From positions 1-25,683 of the forward strand of contig JBBISH010000094.1 of the NCBI GenBank assembly GCA_037441385.1: a stretch of DNA of 25,683 nt. The letters are read 5' to 3'. The number at the start of each line of letters is the position of its first letter. Within the stretch, counting starts at the first letter, position 1. Of this stretch, positions 24,404-25,683 are shown piece after piece. The position numbers and the translations under genes were made by a program. A model generated the notes under the pieces. It did no database searches and was not told the origin of the DNA. It saw nothing but the letters and a program-made list of their open reading frames with translations. Origin of the DNA: Myxococcales bacterium. Lineage in GTDB: Bacteria > Myxococcota_A > UBA9042.

Positions 24404-25597
24404 ATGAAGGGACTTTTTCGCTTTGGGCACCGCTACGGTGTCGCTTTGGCTCTAAGCGCCGCGCTGGTGCTGGTCGGCTGCGAGGCCGCGCCCAGCAACA
24501 ACAACGGCGGCGGCGCGGTCGACACCGGCAGCGCGGCCGACACGGGCAGCGACAGCGCCGTCGTACCCACGGACACGGCCAGCGTGGACACCCTGGCCGG
24601 CGACGGCAGCGTGGGCGGCGACACCACCCAAGCCGACAGCGCCGACGCGGCCGACACCGCCGCCCCTTGCGTGGACCTGGGCTGCGCGTGCACCTCGGAC
24701 AGCGCCTGCAAGGCCGGCGCCGACCTGTGCTTGCAGCCCGTGTGCGAGGCCGGCAAGTGCGCGACCAAGCCCAAGACCTGCAACGACGGCAACGAGTGCA
24801 CCAGCGACAGCTGCGACCCCAAGAAGGGCTGCACCACGACGCCTGTCCCGAATTGCGGCGCCAAAGTGCTGTATTCCACCACCTTCAGCTGCCAGTCGGG
24901 CGACGCCAAGGACTGGACGCTTGATCCTTCGCCGGCCGGCGCCGCCTTCTGGGCCATCGACGCCACGCCGGGCAACCCCGGCTTCTACTCGGCCGACTGC
25001 TCGCTCAACTTCAACAACGGCAAGGACTTCGCCTGCCCCAACGACAAGCTGCCCGGCAAGCTGCGCGCGTTCTCGCCCGTCATCGACGCCACCAGCATGA
25101 GCAAGGGCGCGCCCCTGACCCTGACCTTCCGCTACGCCGGCAGCTGGGAGACCGGCTCGTACGACAACCTGGTCGTGGGCATCGGCGCCGACGCCACCAC
25201 CACCAGCCAGATCGCGGACTTGGACCCGCCCAGCAACCCGTGGGAGCTGGTCAAGCTAGACCTGAGCGCCAACGCCGGCAGCAAGTTCGTCCTGACCTTC
25301 ACCTTCTACGGGGTCGACTGCATCGGCAACTCGGGCGCGGGCGCGTTTGTCGACGACCTGAAAGTCTTTGACGCCACCTGCACTTCGGACGCGATGTGCG
25401 ACGACGGCAACGACTGCACCATGGACTCGTGCCACAAGCCGTCTGGCAAGTGCATCACGGCGAGCGTGCCCGCGGGCACCAGCTGCGCCAACACCAACAA
25501 GTGCCTGACCGAGGCCACTTGTTCGGGCTCGGGCCAGTGCCAGGGCAAGCCGGTCGAGTGCTGTAAACGGCCCCCAGAACCCGCCATCATCCGGTGA
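24404..25597 (+). CDS. Cysteine-rich repeat lipoprotein with a beta-sandwich (MAM/adhesin-like) domain, probably 3'-truncated by an insertion
   Basis: ATG 24404 with AGAGGA RBS. LVLVG-C lipobox, Asp/Thr/Ala linker, CNDGNECTSDSC repeats flanking a domain with SPVID...LTFRY...LDLS...FVDDLKV. Repeat pattern breaks at ~25562. Confidence 0.85.
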   Translation: MKGLFRFGHRYGVALALSAALVLVGCEAAPSNNNGGGAVDTGSAADTGSDSAVVPTDTASVDTLAGDGSVGGDTTQADSADAADTAAPCVDLGCACTSDSACKAGADLCLQPVCEAGKCATKPKTCNDGNECTSDSCDPKKGCTTTPVPNCGAKVLYSTTFSCQSGDAKDWTLDPSPAGAAFWAIDATPGNPGFYSADCSLNFNNGKDFACPNDKLPGKLRAFSPVIDATSMSKGAPLTLTFRYAGSWETGSYDNLVVGIGADATTTSQIADLDPPSNPWELVKLDLSANAGSKFVLTFTFYGVDCIGNSGAGAFVDDLKVFDATCTSDAMCDDGNDCTMDSCHKPSGKCITASVPAGTSCANTNKCLTEATCSGSGQCQGKPVECCKRPPEPAIIR

Positions 25598-25683
25598 AAT
25601 CCGCACCTGCCGCCAACTTCACTACACCGTCAGGATTGCCCGTGCAGAGCAGGCCGGCCAATCCATGAACCCGTAGTTTTGTT
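25563..25683. mobile_element. Probable insertion-sequence terminus (IS66-like), rest outside window
   Basis: GTAAACGGCCCCCAGAACCCGCC resembles the GTAA(G/A)CG...AACCC ends of IS66-family elements and coincides with the abrupt end of the Cys-repeat pattern. No transposase is visible in the window. Confidence 0.5.

Overview
GC-rich bacterial chromosomal DNA. The gene content (Cys-rich repeat lipoproteins, a PEGA protein, ECF sigma/anti-sigma, hexamer microsatellites) suggests Myxococcota or a related deltaproteobacterial lineage; this is inference. The window holds about 17 CDSs. From left to right: a large Cys-rich repeat lipoprotein running off the left edge (missing from the ORF track), a double-hotdog thioesterase, a Zn-ribbon/DUF3592-like membrane protein, a BlaR1/M56-like peptidase operon divergent from an ECF sigma/anti-sigma pair, several uncharacterised exported proteins, an HTH-coiled-coil protein, a DUF1287 + L,D-transpeptidase fusion, a lipoprotein cyclophilin, an intact coupled recC-recB-recD operon, and a second Cys-rich lipoprotein apparently cut by an IS66-like end at the right edge. 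The most unusual non-coding stretch is the ~1 kb gap at 4108-5129. It contains CTAG-flanked miniature inverted-repeat elements, a GTAG-type REP, a (GGTTCA)15 tract and several hairpins. I found no CRISPR, rRNA or tRNA genes, and no clearly new multi-gene system can be proven from sequence alone.
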